From: a virus
Lineage: Duplodnaviria; Caudoviricetes
Reading direction: 5' to 3' (one strand)
DNA length: 28,040 nt
Virus record (IMG/VR): IMGVR_UViG_3300011335_000482
Location: 1-28,040 of that record
Position numbers and translations under genes: made by a program
The notes under the pieces: model-generated
What the model saw: only the letters and a program-made list of their open reading frames with translations
Databases searched by the model: none
What the model was told of the DNA's origin: nothing
Part shown: positions 7,019 through 14,052 of the stretch, piece after piece
Layout: each line of letters begins with the position of its first letter
How positions within the stretch are numbered: position 1 is the first letter of the stretch

Positions 7019-7806
7019 TATGCGGTCTGCGCGATTCCGAACACTTCAAACATATCATCTTGCACGCCGGATTTATCAGTTGACTGCAGGTGCTTGATTG
7101 CTTCGCGGTAGTATGTTGGATGCAGCTCCGTCCCGATAAACTTCCTACCCATCGTGATTGATGCCATGCCTTCAGAGCCGATACCGCCGAACGGTGAGAA
7201 CACAACGTCCCCTGCATTCGTCCACAATGACAGCGCCCTTTTAGTGATATTCAGAGGCATTGGGCAAAGGTGCTTCTCAGCGTCCTGATCTCGCGCCAGT
7301 CGCACGTTGAGCACGTCCGTGGTAGGCATATCGTAATCGCCCTGCCCGCTCTGCATTCGTGCGTAGTTCCATGCGTGAGGCATTGAGTCAGGCCAGAACT
7401 CGCTCGCCAGCTCTTGCCAACAGATTAGCGGCACTTTGGTTTTCGGATGGAGTACAGGCCGCACTAGGTCTTCCTCGCCCTCCTTCGCCCACTTGCGGAA
7501 GACTAGGACATACTCAGGCATACCGACACGGCAAAAGCTCGCATCGTGCTGCTTTCCTACTGCCAAAGGAGCCAGCAATAAAACCGGCTTATTCTCAAAC
7601 TCGACCACTTGCCGACCGTATTCCAGTTCAACGGCTGTTTTGCCAAGACCTGTATCAAGGAAAGGAGCCCCGCGCCCAGACTCCAGCATGAAGTTGACAA
7701 CGTCCTGCTGGTGCGGAAACAGCTTTGAAGACAGATTCCAATCCTTTCGAATGCCTCTCGGTACAGCCTTTAGCTCTTTTCTTTTTAGAAAATCAAGATA
7801 TTCCAT
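7018..7806 (-). pseudogene. In-frame chimera: SF2 helicase N-terminus fused to the C-terminal half of an N4/N6 DNA methyltransferase
   Basis: Residues ~1-87 carry Q-motif LFPHQ, Walker A DTGLGKT and motif Ia LLLAPLAV. Residues ~88-262 carry EYVLVFRK, KHLCPM and SAM-binding VFSPFGGIGSEG, GRKFIGTEL. No DExx motif and no (D/N/S)PP(Y/F) motif. Confidence 0.7.
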
Positions 7807-7814
7807 ACTTCCCC

Positions 7815-8159
7815 TTAGTGTGCCCAGTCGCGGTTAGTAGCCCGCTCTATGAAGTTATCCGGCCCTGCAATCACAAGTGATTTACCTGCCGCCTCTTTTC
7901 TTCTTCCCAATGATGCCTTGATATACTCAAAGACCACGCCTTTCCATCCAGAATCGATAGTCAGACTGATTGCCTCGTCGGATGGAATGCCTAGCTCTAT
8001 GTTGCATTTGAGGCAGACTTTCATTGCTCTGTCAAAGGCTCGTTGCGTTAGCGGGTCTTTCTTCATCAATCGCCATTCAACAAGCTCTTGAGCTGCTTCA
8101 TCACTCACCCCGTAGGTGTAAGCCTGACTTATATCTATTGGTGCTACTTTTGCCATCAT
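7815..8159 (-). CDS. Replication-initiator C-terminal-domain-like protein
   Basis: 114 aa. EWRLMKKDPLTQRA...I..TIDSGWKG resembles the C-terminal part of phage replisome organisers; no N-terminal HTH. Confidence 0.5.
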   Translation of the reverse strand: MMAKVAPIDISQAYTYGVSDEAAQELVEWRLMKKDPLTQRAFDRAMKVCLKCNIELGIPSDEAISLTIDSGWKGVVFEYIKASLGRRKEAAGKSLVIAGPDNFIERATNRDWAH

Positions 8160-8470
8160 ACTTTCCTTTAGACATAGTTTCCCCTATTTCCCCCATGAAG
8201 GAATCCAGCCTTCACGTCAGCAACTAAGCTATTGCCAGCAATGCCAGCAAGGTACTTTACATCCCCCTGCGATTACTCGCCCACAGAATCCATTCTGTGA
8301 ATCGGACTGCCAATGGCAGACATCATGGGCCAAGTTGACAAGGGTAGGTCAGAGCTTGGAATTTTGATTACCGTTTTTAAGGTTTCGGAACCATGAGCCT
8401 GATTGACGAGTCGGCATTTGCCCCACGGCGAAAGTGGGATTAAGGCTATATAACTAAAAGTTATAGATTC
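8160..8470 (-). ncRNA. Candidate structured non-coding element (RNA or origin)
   Basis: No credible ORF; at least seven short hairpins; G-tracts GGGGGAAATAGGGG near the 3' end. Confidence 0.4.
8449..8465. promoter_or_regulatory. Operator-like inverted repeat
   Basis: Perfect TATAACT-AAA-AGTTATA; a third TATAACT half-site at 8493-8499. Confidence 0.45.
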
Positions 8471-8479
8471 TGACTAGTG

Positions 8480-8508
8480 TTGACCGAAAATGTATAACTC
8501 GGTACAAT
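8480..8508 (+). promoter_or_regulatory. Sigma70 promoter for an antisense small RNA
   Basis: TTGACC-17 bp-TACAAT; the inverted repeat ACCGA-N11-TCGGT spans the spacer. Confidence 0.7.
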
Positions 8509-8514
8509 TCGCTT

Positions 8515-8580
8515 ATCAGGTGCCTGAATCACCTGTCTCACCCCTAAAAAGGCTCAGTTTTCGCAGACTGGGCCTTTTTT
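8515..8580 (+). ncRNA. Candidate ~66-nt antisense small RNA (OOP/RNA I-like position)
   Basis: Bounded by the promoter above and an intrinsic terminator; 5' hairpin CAGGTG-CCTGAAT-CACCTG; no ORF. Confidence 0.6.
8546..8580 (+). terminator. Intrinsic terminator, possibly bidirectional
   Basis: AAAAA-GGCTCAGTT-TTCGCA-GACTGGGCC-TTTTTT. Two G-U pairs favour the plus-strand fold. Confidence 0.75.
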
Positions 8581-8625
8581 CTTTTCGGAGTAGACGTTTC
8601 CTATCTTATCCCACCTTCCCGGCTG

Positions 8626-8823
8626 TTACAAGGGAAACGCTGTAACCCTCATTGCTCGTTTTTGGTGTTTGGTGCCTGTAGTTATCAGGCCGTCTCGCTT
8701 CAGTTGCCCTATGCGCTCGTAGGCTGACTGATGCGTTATCCCGCAATGCTCGGCAATCTCGCGGATTGAACAGCCGGGATTTGCCGCGATGAATGCAAAG
8801 GCTTGTTGCTGTTTTTCGGTCAA
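8626..8823 (-). CDS. LexA-DNA-binding-domain-like winged-helix regulator (no peptidase domain)
   Basis: LTEKQQQAFAFI...PGCSIREIAEHCGI...AYERIGQLKRDGLI......RAMRV. Probable TTG start at 8823 after RBS AAGGGGG; alternative ATG at 8850. Confidence 0.7.
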   Translation of the reverse strand: MTEKQQQAFAFIAANPGCSIREIAEHCGITHQSAYERIGQLKRDGLITTGTKHQKRAMRVTAFPL

Positions 8824-8945
8824 TCTATCCCCCTTGTTTGTGCTTGGCATCTTCGACCGCTGACGCGCAATCCTCTCGGAGTTATGCCATTCCCCGGCTA
8901 TCGGAACCTGTAAGGCTTGCTTACAAGCTGCGTTTAAGCCAGCAC

Positions 8946-8974
8946 ATATTGGCAAACTCGGAAGCATAGAGCAA
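8946..8974 (-). promoter_or_regulatory. Leftward promoter candidate
   Basis: TTGCTC-17 bp-CAATAT with an extended -10 TG and an AT-rich upstream tract at ~8981-9006. Confidence 0.45.
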
Positions 8975-9008
8975 TCCCCAAACAATAATTTTTATTACTA
9001 ATTTTCAG

Positions 9009-9037
9009 TTGACAGCCGTTAACGGCAATTATAGTAT
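9009..9037 (+). promoter_or_regulatory. Strong rightward sigma70 promoter with an operator palindrome
   Basis: TTGACA-17 bp-TAGTAT; perfect 12-bp palindrome GCCGTTAACGGC at 9015-9026 in the spacer. Confidence 0.8.
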
Positions 9038-9066
9038 GGGTCGTCGATTTACGAAAGGTGCAATAA

Positions 9067-9270
9067 ATGACCCCACAAGAAGCAATCGCCGCAATGATAG
9101 ATAGCGGTATGTCGCAGGCCGAGATTGCGCGTCAATGCAATGTCAAAGCCGCGACCATATCGCAACTAGCCAGCGGTAAAAACAAGAATCCAATATACAC
9201 GCTCGGCACTGAGCTGGTCAGGCTCGGCAAACTGGCAAAGAGAAGGGGAAAAAAGAATGAAAAGAACTAA
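9067..9270 (+). CDS. Cro/XRE-type HTH regulator
   Basis: GMSQAEIARQCNVKAATISQLASGKNKNP; RBS AAAGGTG. Confidence 0.85.
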   Translation: MTPQEAIAAMIDSGMSQAEIARQCNVKAATISQLASGKNKNPIYTLGTELVRLGKLAKRRGKKNEKN

Positions 9271-9358
9271 CGCTGTAAATGAAGCCTTCGCATGTGTAAT
9301 CGTCTGCGCCTTGGCTTTCGGATTAACGTTTATCACTGCGGCAGGATGGATGTTATGA
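9257..9358 (+). CDS. Small single-TM protein (33 aa)
   Basis: Translated by hand: MKRTNAVNEAFACVIVCALAFGLTFITAAGWML. RBS AAGGGG; ATGA overlap with the next gene. Confidence 0.55.
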   Translation: MKRTNAVNEAFACVIVCALAFGLTFITAAGWML

Positions 9359-9579
9359 ACAGCCATGCCCAATATGCGAGGCAGTTTGAAATCCACATTG
9401 CCCGCCGTGAAATGCTTTCATGGCAGCGTGAGTACCGGATTGCAAAGCGTGACTTGAACCGCTACGCAGGCCCGGTAACCCGGTCAATCGGATGGCAGAT
9501 ATTCAACCATGCGCGTGATCGTTATCTAAAATCAATGGCACAGCTAAGGTCTGCGCTTCGTGCGCCGAAGGGGGAATGA
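9355..9579 (+). CDS. Hypothetical basic protein
   Basis: ORF 9292..9579; likely start MNSHAQ at 9355 through the ATGA overlap. Confidence 0.55.
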   Translation: MNSHAQYARQFEIHIARREMLSWQREYRIAKRDLNRYAGPVTRSIGWQIFNHARDRYLKSMAQLRSALRAPKGE

Positions 9580-9893
9580 TGATTTTTAAAGAGCAGCCAA
9601 TGTTTGTAAATGCGGAAGACTGGGATATGGCCATTATGTTCGGGCAGTATTCTCAAGGAGATAACAGAGATGATTTGGTAACTTTTAATCGCACTGATTT
9701 AGCGGCATATCTTGCGGCTATGCGGGTTGACTATGAAGGCAGAATAACGGCTTTAAAGCAAAATCTCATTGCATGTAAATATCCGCTACTGGTGGCAAAG
9801 GCCGACGCAGATAGCAGCGGAGAGATTGAAGATTTAGAGGCGCTGTCAAGTCTTTTGAGGCAGATTGATGCTGCCCTGAAGGTGAAAGTATGA
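9576..9893 (+). CDS. Hypothetical protein; N-terminal domain paralogous to 13753..14052
   Basis: RBS AAGGGGG; ATGA coupling at both ends. Confidence 0.7.
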   Translation: MMIFKEQPMFVNAEDWDMAIMFGQYSQGDNRDDLVTFNRTDLAAYLAAMRVDYEGRITALKQNLIACKYPLLVAKADADSSGEIEDLEALSSLLRQIDAALKVKV

Positions 9894-10189
9894 GTTACGA
9901 AACCATCATTATTGAGGATAGGGTTATCCTTGTCGATTACGATTCAGAGCCTGACGAAGCGCCGAGCATGTACAGTGCAGGCCATCCCGGTGGATTGTGC
10001 GTAAACAAAGTCATGTTCCAAGATGGCATTGATGCCCTGCCTTGGATCATGTCAATTGACGAAGAAACCGAAGAACAGGCGCTGGAATGGGTCGAGCGAT
10101 TGCTTGACCGCAAACTGACGCTAATGGCAGATGACGCGCAAGATTCACGCGCATCGGAGCGCATGCGGTATGGGAGGAGGGTATGCTAA
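9890..10189 (+). CDS. Hypothetical acidic protein
   Basis: 99 aa, coupled within the operon. Confidence 0.65.
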   Translation: MSYETIIIEDRVILVDYDSEPDEAPSMYSAGHPGGLCVNKVMFQDGIDALPWIMSIDEETEEQALEWVERLLDRKLTLMADDAQDSRASERMRYGRRVC

Positions 10190-10434
10190 ACACGCTCATC
10201 GCGTTTAGCCTTCTGTTCGCCGCTTTCTGGTTTGCATTGCGATGGGCAGACAGTAAGATTCAACAGTCACGCAAGCGCATTACAGACGATGTGCCCGACA
10301 TAGACCGCGAGCTGGCATTGAATGCCGAGATGCGACGATTGCAAGGCAGCAGGCGAATCGGTGACGATACTACCGAGTATTTCAAATCAAAAGACTACGC
10401 CGGCAAAGGGCGAACAGTACCAAGGGGAAAATAA
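10183..10434 (+). CDS. Hypothetical protein with an N-terminal membrane anchor
   Basis: RBS GGAGG; hydrophobic first ~20 aa. Confidence 0.65.
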   Translation: MLNTLIAFSLLFAAFWFALRWADSKIQQSRKRITDDVPDIDRELALNAEMRRLQGSRRIGDDTTEYFKSKDYAGKGRTVPRGK

Positions 10435-10435
10435 G

Positions 10436-11140
10436 ATGGAACAGCAATTGGCAGTGGTTACAAATCAGCAGGAATTGCAACGCGCAGAAACATCCGCAAT
10501 CATGTCCGTGATTGAGCGGGTTGCAATGTCGCCGGATGCAGACATTAACAAGCTACAGACAATGTTGGATATGCAGGAAAGAGTATTGAATCGCAATGCA
10601 AAGCAGGCATTTACCGCCTCGCTCGCTGCTATGCAATGCGAACTACCGCGAGTAATCGAGCACGGCGAAGGGCACAACAAAGCCAAATACGCCAAGCTGG
10701 AAGACATTAACGACGCAATCAGGCCGACGCTTCACAATCATGGCTTCGCTGTAACTTTCAGAATAAAGACTGAATGCGGGTTAGTTCACATAACCACCGT
10801 ATTGAGCCACAGGGACGGCCATAGCGAAGAAACGACTATACCCTTGGCCCTTGATACTACCGGCAGTAAAAACGCTGTACAGGCTGTAGGGTCAACGATT
10901 AGCTATGGCAAGCGATACGGATTGTGCGCCATGCTCAACATATCTACCGGAGACGATAACGATGGTGGATTGCCAGCGCACAGGGAGCCAATGAAAACGC
11001 AAAAAATGCTAATCTCCGACGCCCGGTTAACTGCCGCAATTATCAAGATCAAGGCTGCCGAGTACACCAGAGAGGCGCTATTGAAAACCTTTGCATTGAC
11101 CGACGCCCAGCTCCAGTGGCTTGACGATGAGGCGGCATGA
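10436..11140 (+). CDS. erf: ERF-family single-strand annealing protein
   Basis: KYAKLEDI..AIRPTL..HG, LSHRDGHSE and QAVGSTISYGKRYGLCAML..STGDDNDG (ERF signature). Start MEQQ at 10436 after RBS AAGGGG. Confidence 0.92.
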   Translation: MEQQLAVVTNQQELQRAETSAIMSVIERVAMSPDADINKLQTMLDMQERVLNRNAKQAFTASLAAMQCELPRVIEHGEGHNKAKYAKLEDINDAIRPTLHNHGFAVTFRIKTECGLVHITTVLSHRDGHSEETTIPLALDTTGSKNAVQAVGSTISYGKRYGLCAMLNISTGDDNDGGLPAHREPMKTQKMLISDARLTAAIIKIKAAEYTREALLKTFALTDAQLQWLDDEAA

Positions 11141-11793
11141 TGATCAGGTGCAGCTCTATCTCAAAGATCATGACAGCGCCGCGCTCAAAGGGTGAGGAAT
11201 GGTCTGAAACAGCGAAGGCGGCAATGCTGGAAGCAGCAAGGGAATCACTGTTCGGCGTTCGTCGTACCCTGGACGATATTAAATACATTCAAAAGGGGAA
11301 GGCTTGCGAGGATGAAGGCATTGAGCTGTACAACAATGTCTTCCTGTATGACCTGAAGAAAGTCGATTCTAGCCAGCGACGAAACAACGGCATCATAACC
11401 GGAGAGCCGGATCTGATTGCAATGTCTTCGCGCAAGGGTGTTGACATTAAAGTGGCATGGTCGTTGCTCACGTTTCCGTTGACAGAAGAACAGGCCGGTA
11501 AGAAAGATTACGAGTTTCAAGCTCGCGGGTATATGTGCCTGTTCGACCTGCCAGAATGGGAGATCGCATACTGCGCTGTGGACACGCCAGAGGACATTCT
11601 GAAGCCTTGGGACGACAGGGCTATCCATATCATTGACAGCGCAATCCCGTTGCACCATCGCATTACAGTGGCCCGCTATCACAGAGATATGACCATCGAG
11701 CGTGAAATGCTCGACAAATGCTCGAAAGCAAACGAATGGATTAAGCAGGCAATTAAAGACTTCGCAACAAATCACGATAAATACATTGAGTAG
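11137..11793 (+). CDS. YqaJ/lambda-exonuclease-like PD-(D/E)xK nuclease
   Basis: IRCSSISKIM, KG...E, ITGEPD, DIK, YEFQARGYM motifs; directly after erf. Confidence 0.85.
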   Translation: MMIRCSSISKIMTAPRSKGEEWSETAKAAMLEAARESLFGVRRTLDDIKYIQKGKACEDEGIELYNNVFLYDLKKVDSSQRRNNGIITGEPDLIAMSSRKGVDIKVAWSLLTFPLTEEQAGKKDYEFQARGYMCLFDLPEWEIAYCAVDTPEDILKPWDDRAIHIIDSAIPLHHRITVARYHRDMTIEREMLDKCSKANEWIKQAIKDFATNHDKYIE

Positions 11794-11804
11794 CCGAGCA
11801 CGTC

Positions 11805-11845
11805 CCCGCCTGCCTATCGTATGGGTACGCAGTCAGGCGGGTTTT
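11805..11845 (+). terminator. Possible terminator or hairpin after the exonuclease gene
   Basis: CCCGCCTG...CAGGCGGG-TTTT enclosing an inner CCTAT-CGT-ATGGG hairpin. Confidence 0.45.
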
Positions 11846-11860
11846 AATCAGGGGAATGCC

Positions 11861-11956
11861 GTGAACAAAACACAACAACGATTTGAAGCAATGGCGCTTT
11901 TAGTAGGCTTTTGCATTGGATGGATAATAGGGACGGTAATAGCAAATGTCATTTGA
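11861..11956 (+). CDS. Small single-TM protein (31 aa)
   Basis: GTG start after AGGGG; ALLVGFCIGWIIGTVIANVI. Confidence 0.5.
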   Translation: MNKTQQRFEAMALLVGFCIGWIIGTVIANVI

Positions 11957-12299
11957 AGATTTGAAGAAACGCAAGACAAGATCAGACTCGCTTTGGGAGA
12001 AGATCTGGCCGGTGGTGCAGAAGTACGCAGGCAAAAAGCCGCGAGAGGTTATCGCTGATTCAATCGGAATGACCGCAGGAGCATTGTCTTTTCACTGCAG
12101 TAAGCATAATGTCAGTCTCAGGCTCCCAGGCAGGCAGCTTGAAGGCATTAGACGCTCAACTGTCGCTCGGAAGAAAGAACGCGAACGACACGCCGAGCTA
12201 GAAGGTATTGTTAAGCTCAAAATTGATATCGAAACACTTTGGCGACCCATCACTAAAACAAAGCTGCCGATTCAGGTCAGGCAGCACTATTACGATTGA
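11946..12299 (+). CDS. Putative HTH DNA-binding protein
   Basis: REVIADSIGMTAGALSFHCSKHNVSL; basic protein. Confidence 0.6.
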   Translation: MSFEDLKKRKTRSDSLWEKIWPVVQKYAGKKPREVIADSIGMTAGALSFHCSKHNVSLRLPGRQLEGIRRSTVARKKERERHAELEGIVKLKIDIETLWRPITKTKLPIQVRQHYYD

Positions 12300-12310
12300 A
12301 AAGGGGAAAC

Positions 12311-13114
12311 ATGAATAGCGAATTGATTGAGACCATGCGCGACCCAGCAGAGCGGCTAGCGCGAAGAATTCGAGATATTCTTGGCCCGTACAACGACGAC
12401 GAAGAATCGCTGCAAGTGCTTGTGTCGAGTCTTGTGCTGAAACTCGACGATATGCAAGCCGCCGCGTCAGCACATGATACGGAGGAATTCATAGCCATCC
12501 ACAGGACTTACAACGCACAGGCCGCTGATTCAGGAGTCGTTCCGGTCTCAGACCTCCGAGCATGGATGGCCGGTCACGCGAGGGTGCCGGTGGAGCCTAC
12601 AGAGGCGATGCTTGATGCAGCAATTAACGCTTGCGCCGGGAAGATGTACCCACAAGACCTGACGCATGGCCCGCAGGCTGAGCCGGTGGCATACCAATCT
12701 CGCATGCGCCCGAGCTGGAGCGAAAAGGATGGATGGACGAGCTGGGAAGAATGCTCAAAAGGCACCTTCGAGGATTACAAGCGAGTTCCTATCAACGGAG
12801 ACTGGCATTACGAAGCCCGCGCACTGTATGAGCACGCACCAAAGCCACAAGCACTGCCGCAGGGGGTGGAGGATGCTATTCATGGAGCATTGACCCGCCA
12901 CGGGGATATATGCCGGAACCTCACCGACGACCTTATCAGCTCAGTATCTAGCGCCATTTCCGGCATGGCGATTGTGCCGGTGGAGCCGACTGAGGCGATG
13001 CTTGTGGCTGCACGAGACTGGTCACACAAGAAATACAGCAAGCCCATCGGCAATGACGCAGCACAAGGTTGTTGGAAAGCCATGCTCGCCGCCACAAAGG
13101 AGAAGGGAGAATGA
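12311..13114 (+). CDS. Mosaic Eaa/Ead-like modular phage protein
   Basis: Two VPVEPTEAML modules plus EPVAYQ...W...YEARALY, typical of lambdoid early accessory genes. ATG at 12311 after AAGGGG. Confidence 0.7.
   Translation: MNSELIETMRDPAERLARRIRDILGPYNDDEESLQVLVSSLVLKLDDMQAAASAHDTEEFIAIHRTYNAQAADSGVVPVSDLRAWMAGHARVPVEPTEAMLDAAINACAGKMYPQDLTHGPQAEPVAYQSRMRPSWSEKDGWTSWEECSKGTFEDYKRVPINGDWHYEARALYEHAPKPQALPQGVEDAIHGALTRHGDICRNLTDDLISSVSSAISGMAIVPVEPTEAMLVAARDWSHKKYSKPIGNDAAQGCWKAMLAATKEKGE
12584..13004 (+). repeat. 31-bp direct repeat (12584-12614 and 12974-13004)
   Basis: GTGCCGGTGGAGCC(T/G)AC(A/T)GAGGCGATGCTTG; 29 of 31 identical, in frame, 390 bp apart. Confidence 0.9.
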
Positions 13115-13380
13115 GTGAGCCTCAGTTCATATACGAGATCGTGGACAGCACCAATGACGAGATGTACTTCTCGCAGGGCGTGTTTGCAACGCTAGAGGAG
13201 GCTGTGCAGCACGTCACTACCGAACCTTGCACGGATGACGCAGATGAAATCTGCGAGAACACTGTACGACAACGACCACTGGGCAATCTGGCAAGCGGCA
13301 TCGGTAAAATTGTGTACCGCGTGCTGTGGGAATACGACTACGAAGGCACCGAGTGGCGGATAAAGGAGCAAAGCAAATGA
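13111..13380 (+). CDS. Hypothetical protein
   Basis: Start MSEPQF through an ATGA overlap and a strong RBS. Confidence 0.7.
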   Translation: MSEPQFIYEIVDSTNDEMYFSQGVFATLEEAVQHVTTEPCTDDADEICENTVRQRPLGNLASGIGKIVYRVLWEYDYEGTEWRIKEQSK

Positions 13381-13604
13381 GCATCAAGCCTGTGGGCAGC
13401 ATAAGAGTGGATGTTGATGGCGCAGAGCTTCCAAAAGGAAAGGTTAGCCTGTATTACATCCCCGACACGCACCGCGTGGTTAGTGTGGAGTTGCTAAACA
13501 GAATCATGGAATTGGCCGGGGTCGCGCTTGTTTACCAACCTTTCGGCACCAAAGACCGGCAGAATTTTGATGCACTGATGGCAATCATCGAGGAGAAGCC
13601 ATGA
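13377..13604 (+). CDS. Hypothetical protein
   Basis: Start MSIKPV through an ATGA overlap; RBS AAGGAG. Confidence 0.65.
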   Translation: MSIKPVGSIRVDVDGAELPKGKVSLYYIPDTHRVVSVELLNRIMELAGVALVYQPFGTKDRQNFDALMAIIEEKP

Positions 13605-13756
13605 GCGAACCCATGTTATACCGATTTGCAAACTGGCTGTGTAAAAAAGCAGGGCATTTTACAAAAGGCGGATGGGTACACAATGGAGCGTTTCATCAAG
13701 AGTGTAGGATTTGCGGAAAAATAATCAGCGAAAATATAAAGGAGATTGAAGAATGA
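13601..13756 (+). CDS. Small putative Zn-binding protein (51 aa)
   Basis: Translated by hand: MSEPMLYRFANWLCKKAGHFTKGGWVHNGAFHQECRICGKIISENIKEIEE. C...GH...CxxCG pattern; ATGA overlaps at both ends. Confidence 0.65.
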   Translation: MSEPMLYRFANWLCKKAGHFTKGGWVHNGAFHQECRICGKIISENIKEIEE

Positions 13757-14052
13757 AAGAACCGATGTTTACAGACAGAGAATGGTTTGAAGCCAAAATG
13801 TTTGGCCAGTACGAACAGCGCGAGAACCGGGAAGAAGTCGTAGTGTTTCGGAGGGTAGACCTGTGCGCTTACGTCACGATGATGCGGCAGTACGACGAAG
13901 AAACCAAGCCCGGCGGATTTAAGGGTCTAACACTGGAAGAAGTCGAGGACATCATCAAATCCAACATCACTATCACAGACCAGCGGTTGTACGAGGGCGT
14001 CTATGCGGTGGCAGTGGATATTGAAATAGCAATCAAGAATAAAAACTCATGA
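13753..14052 (+). CDS. Hypothetical protein; N-terminal domain paralogous to 9576..9893
   Basis: RBS AAGGAG; C-terminal module GLTLEEVEDII...AVDIEIAIKNKN. Confidence 0.7.
   Translation: MKEPMFTDREWFEAKMFGQYEQRENREEVVVFRRVDLCAYVTMMRQYDEETKPGGFKGLTLEEVEDIIKSNITITDQRLYEGVYAVAVDIEIAIKNKNS

Noticed and set aside
6906-7217. 103-aa minus-strand ORF in the track
   Set aside because: Overlaps the methyltransferase half out of frame; the coupled 57-aa ORF 6845..7018 is a better call.
8232-8250. TGCCAGCAA tandem pair, also seen at 4351-4359 on the minus strand, as iterons
   Set aside because: Only two adjacent 9-mers; too few and too short for an iteron array.
8480-8823. 11-bp inverted match TTGACCGAAAA (8480-8490 and 8813-8823) as invertible-segment ends
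   Set aside because: Short, no recombinase nearby, and each copy has another role (promoter -35; start of the wHTH gene). Chance is plausible.
8420-8945. Self-cleaving ribozyme (pistol, twister or hammerhead) suggested by fragments such as ATCAGGTGC and CAAGCC
   Set aside because: I could not build the required pseudoknots or conserved cores by eye; an Infernal scan would settle it.
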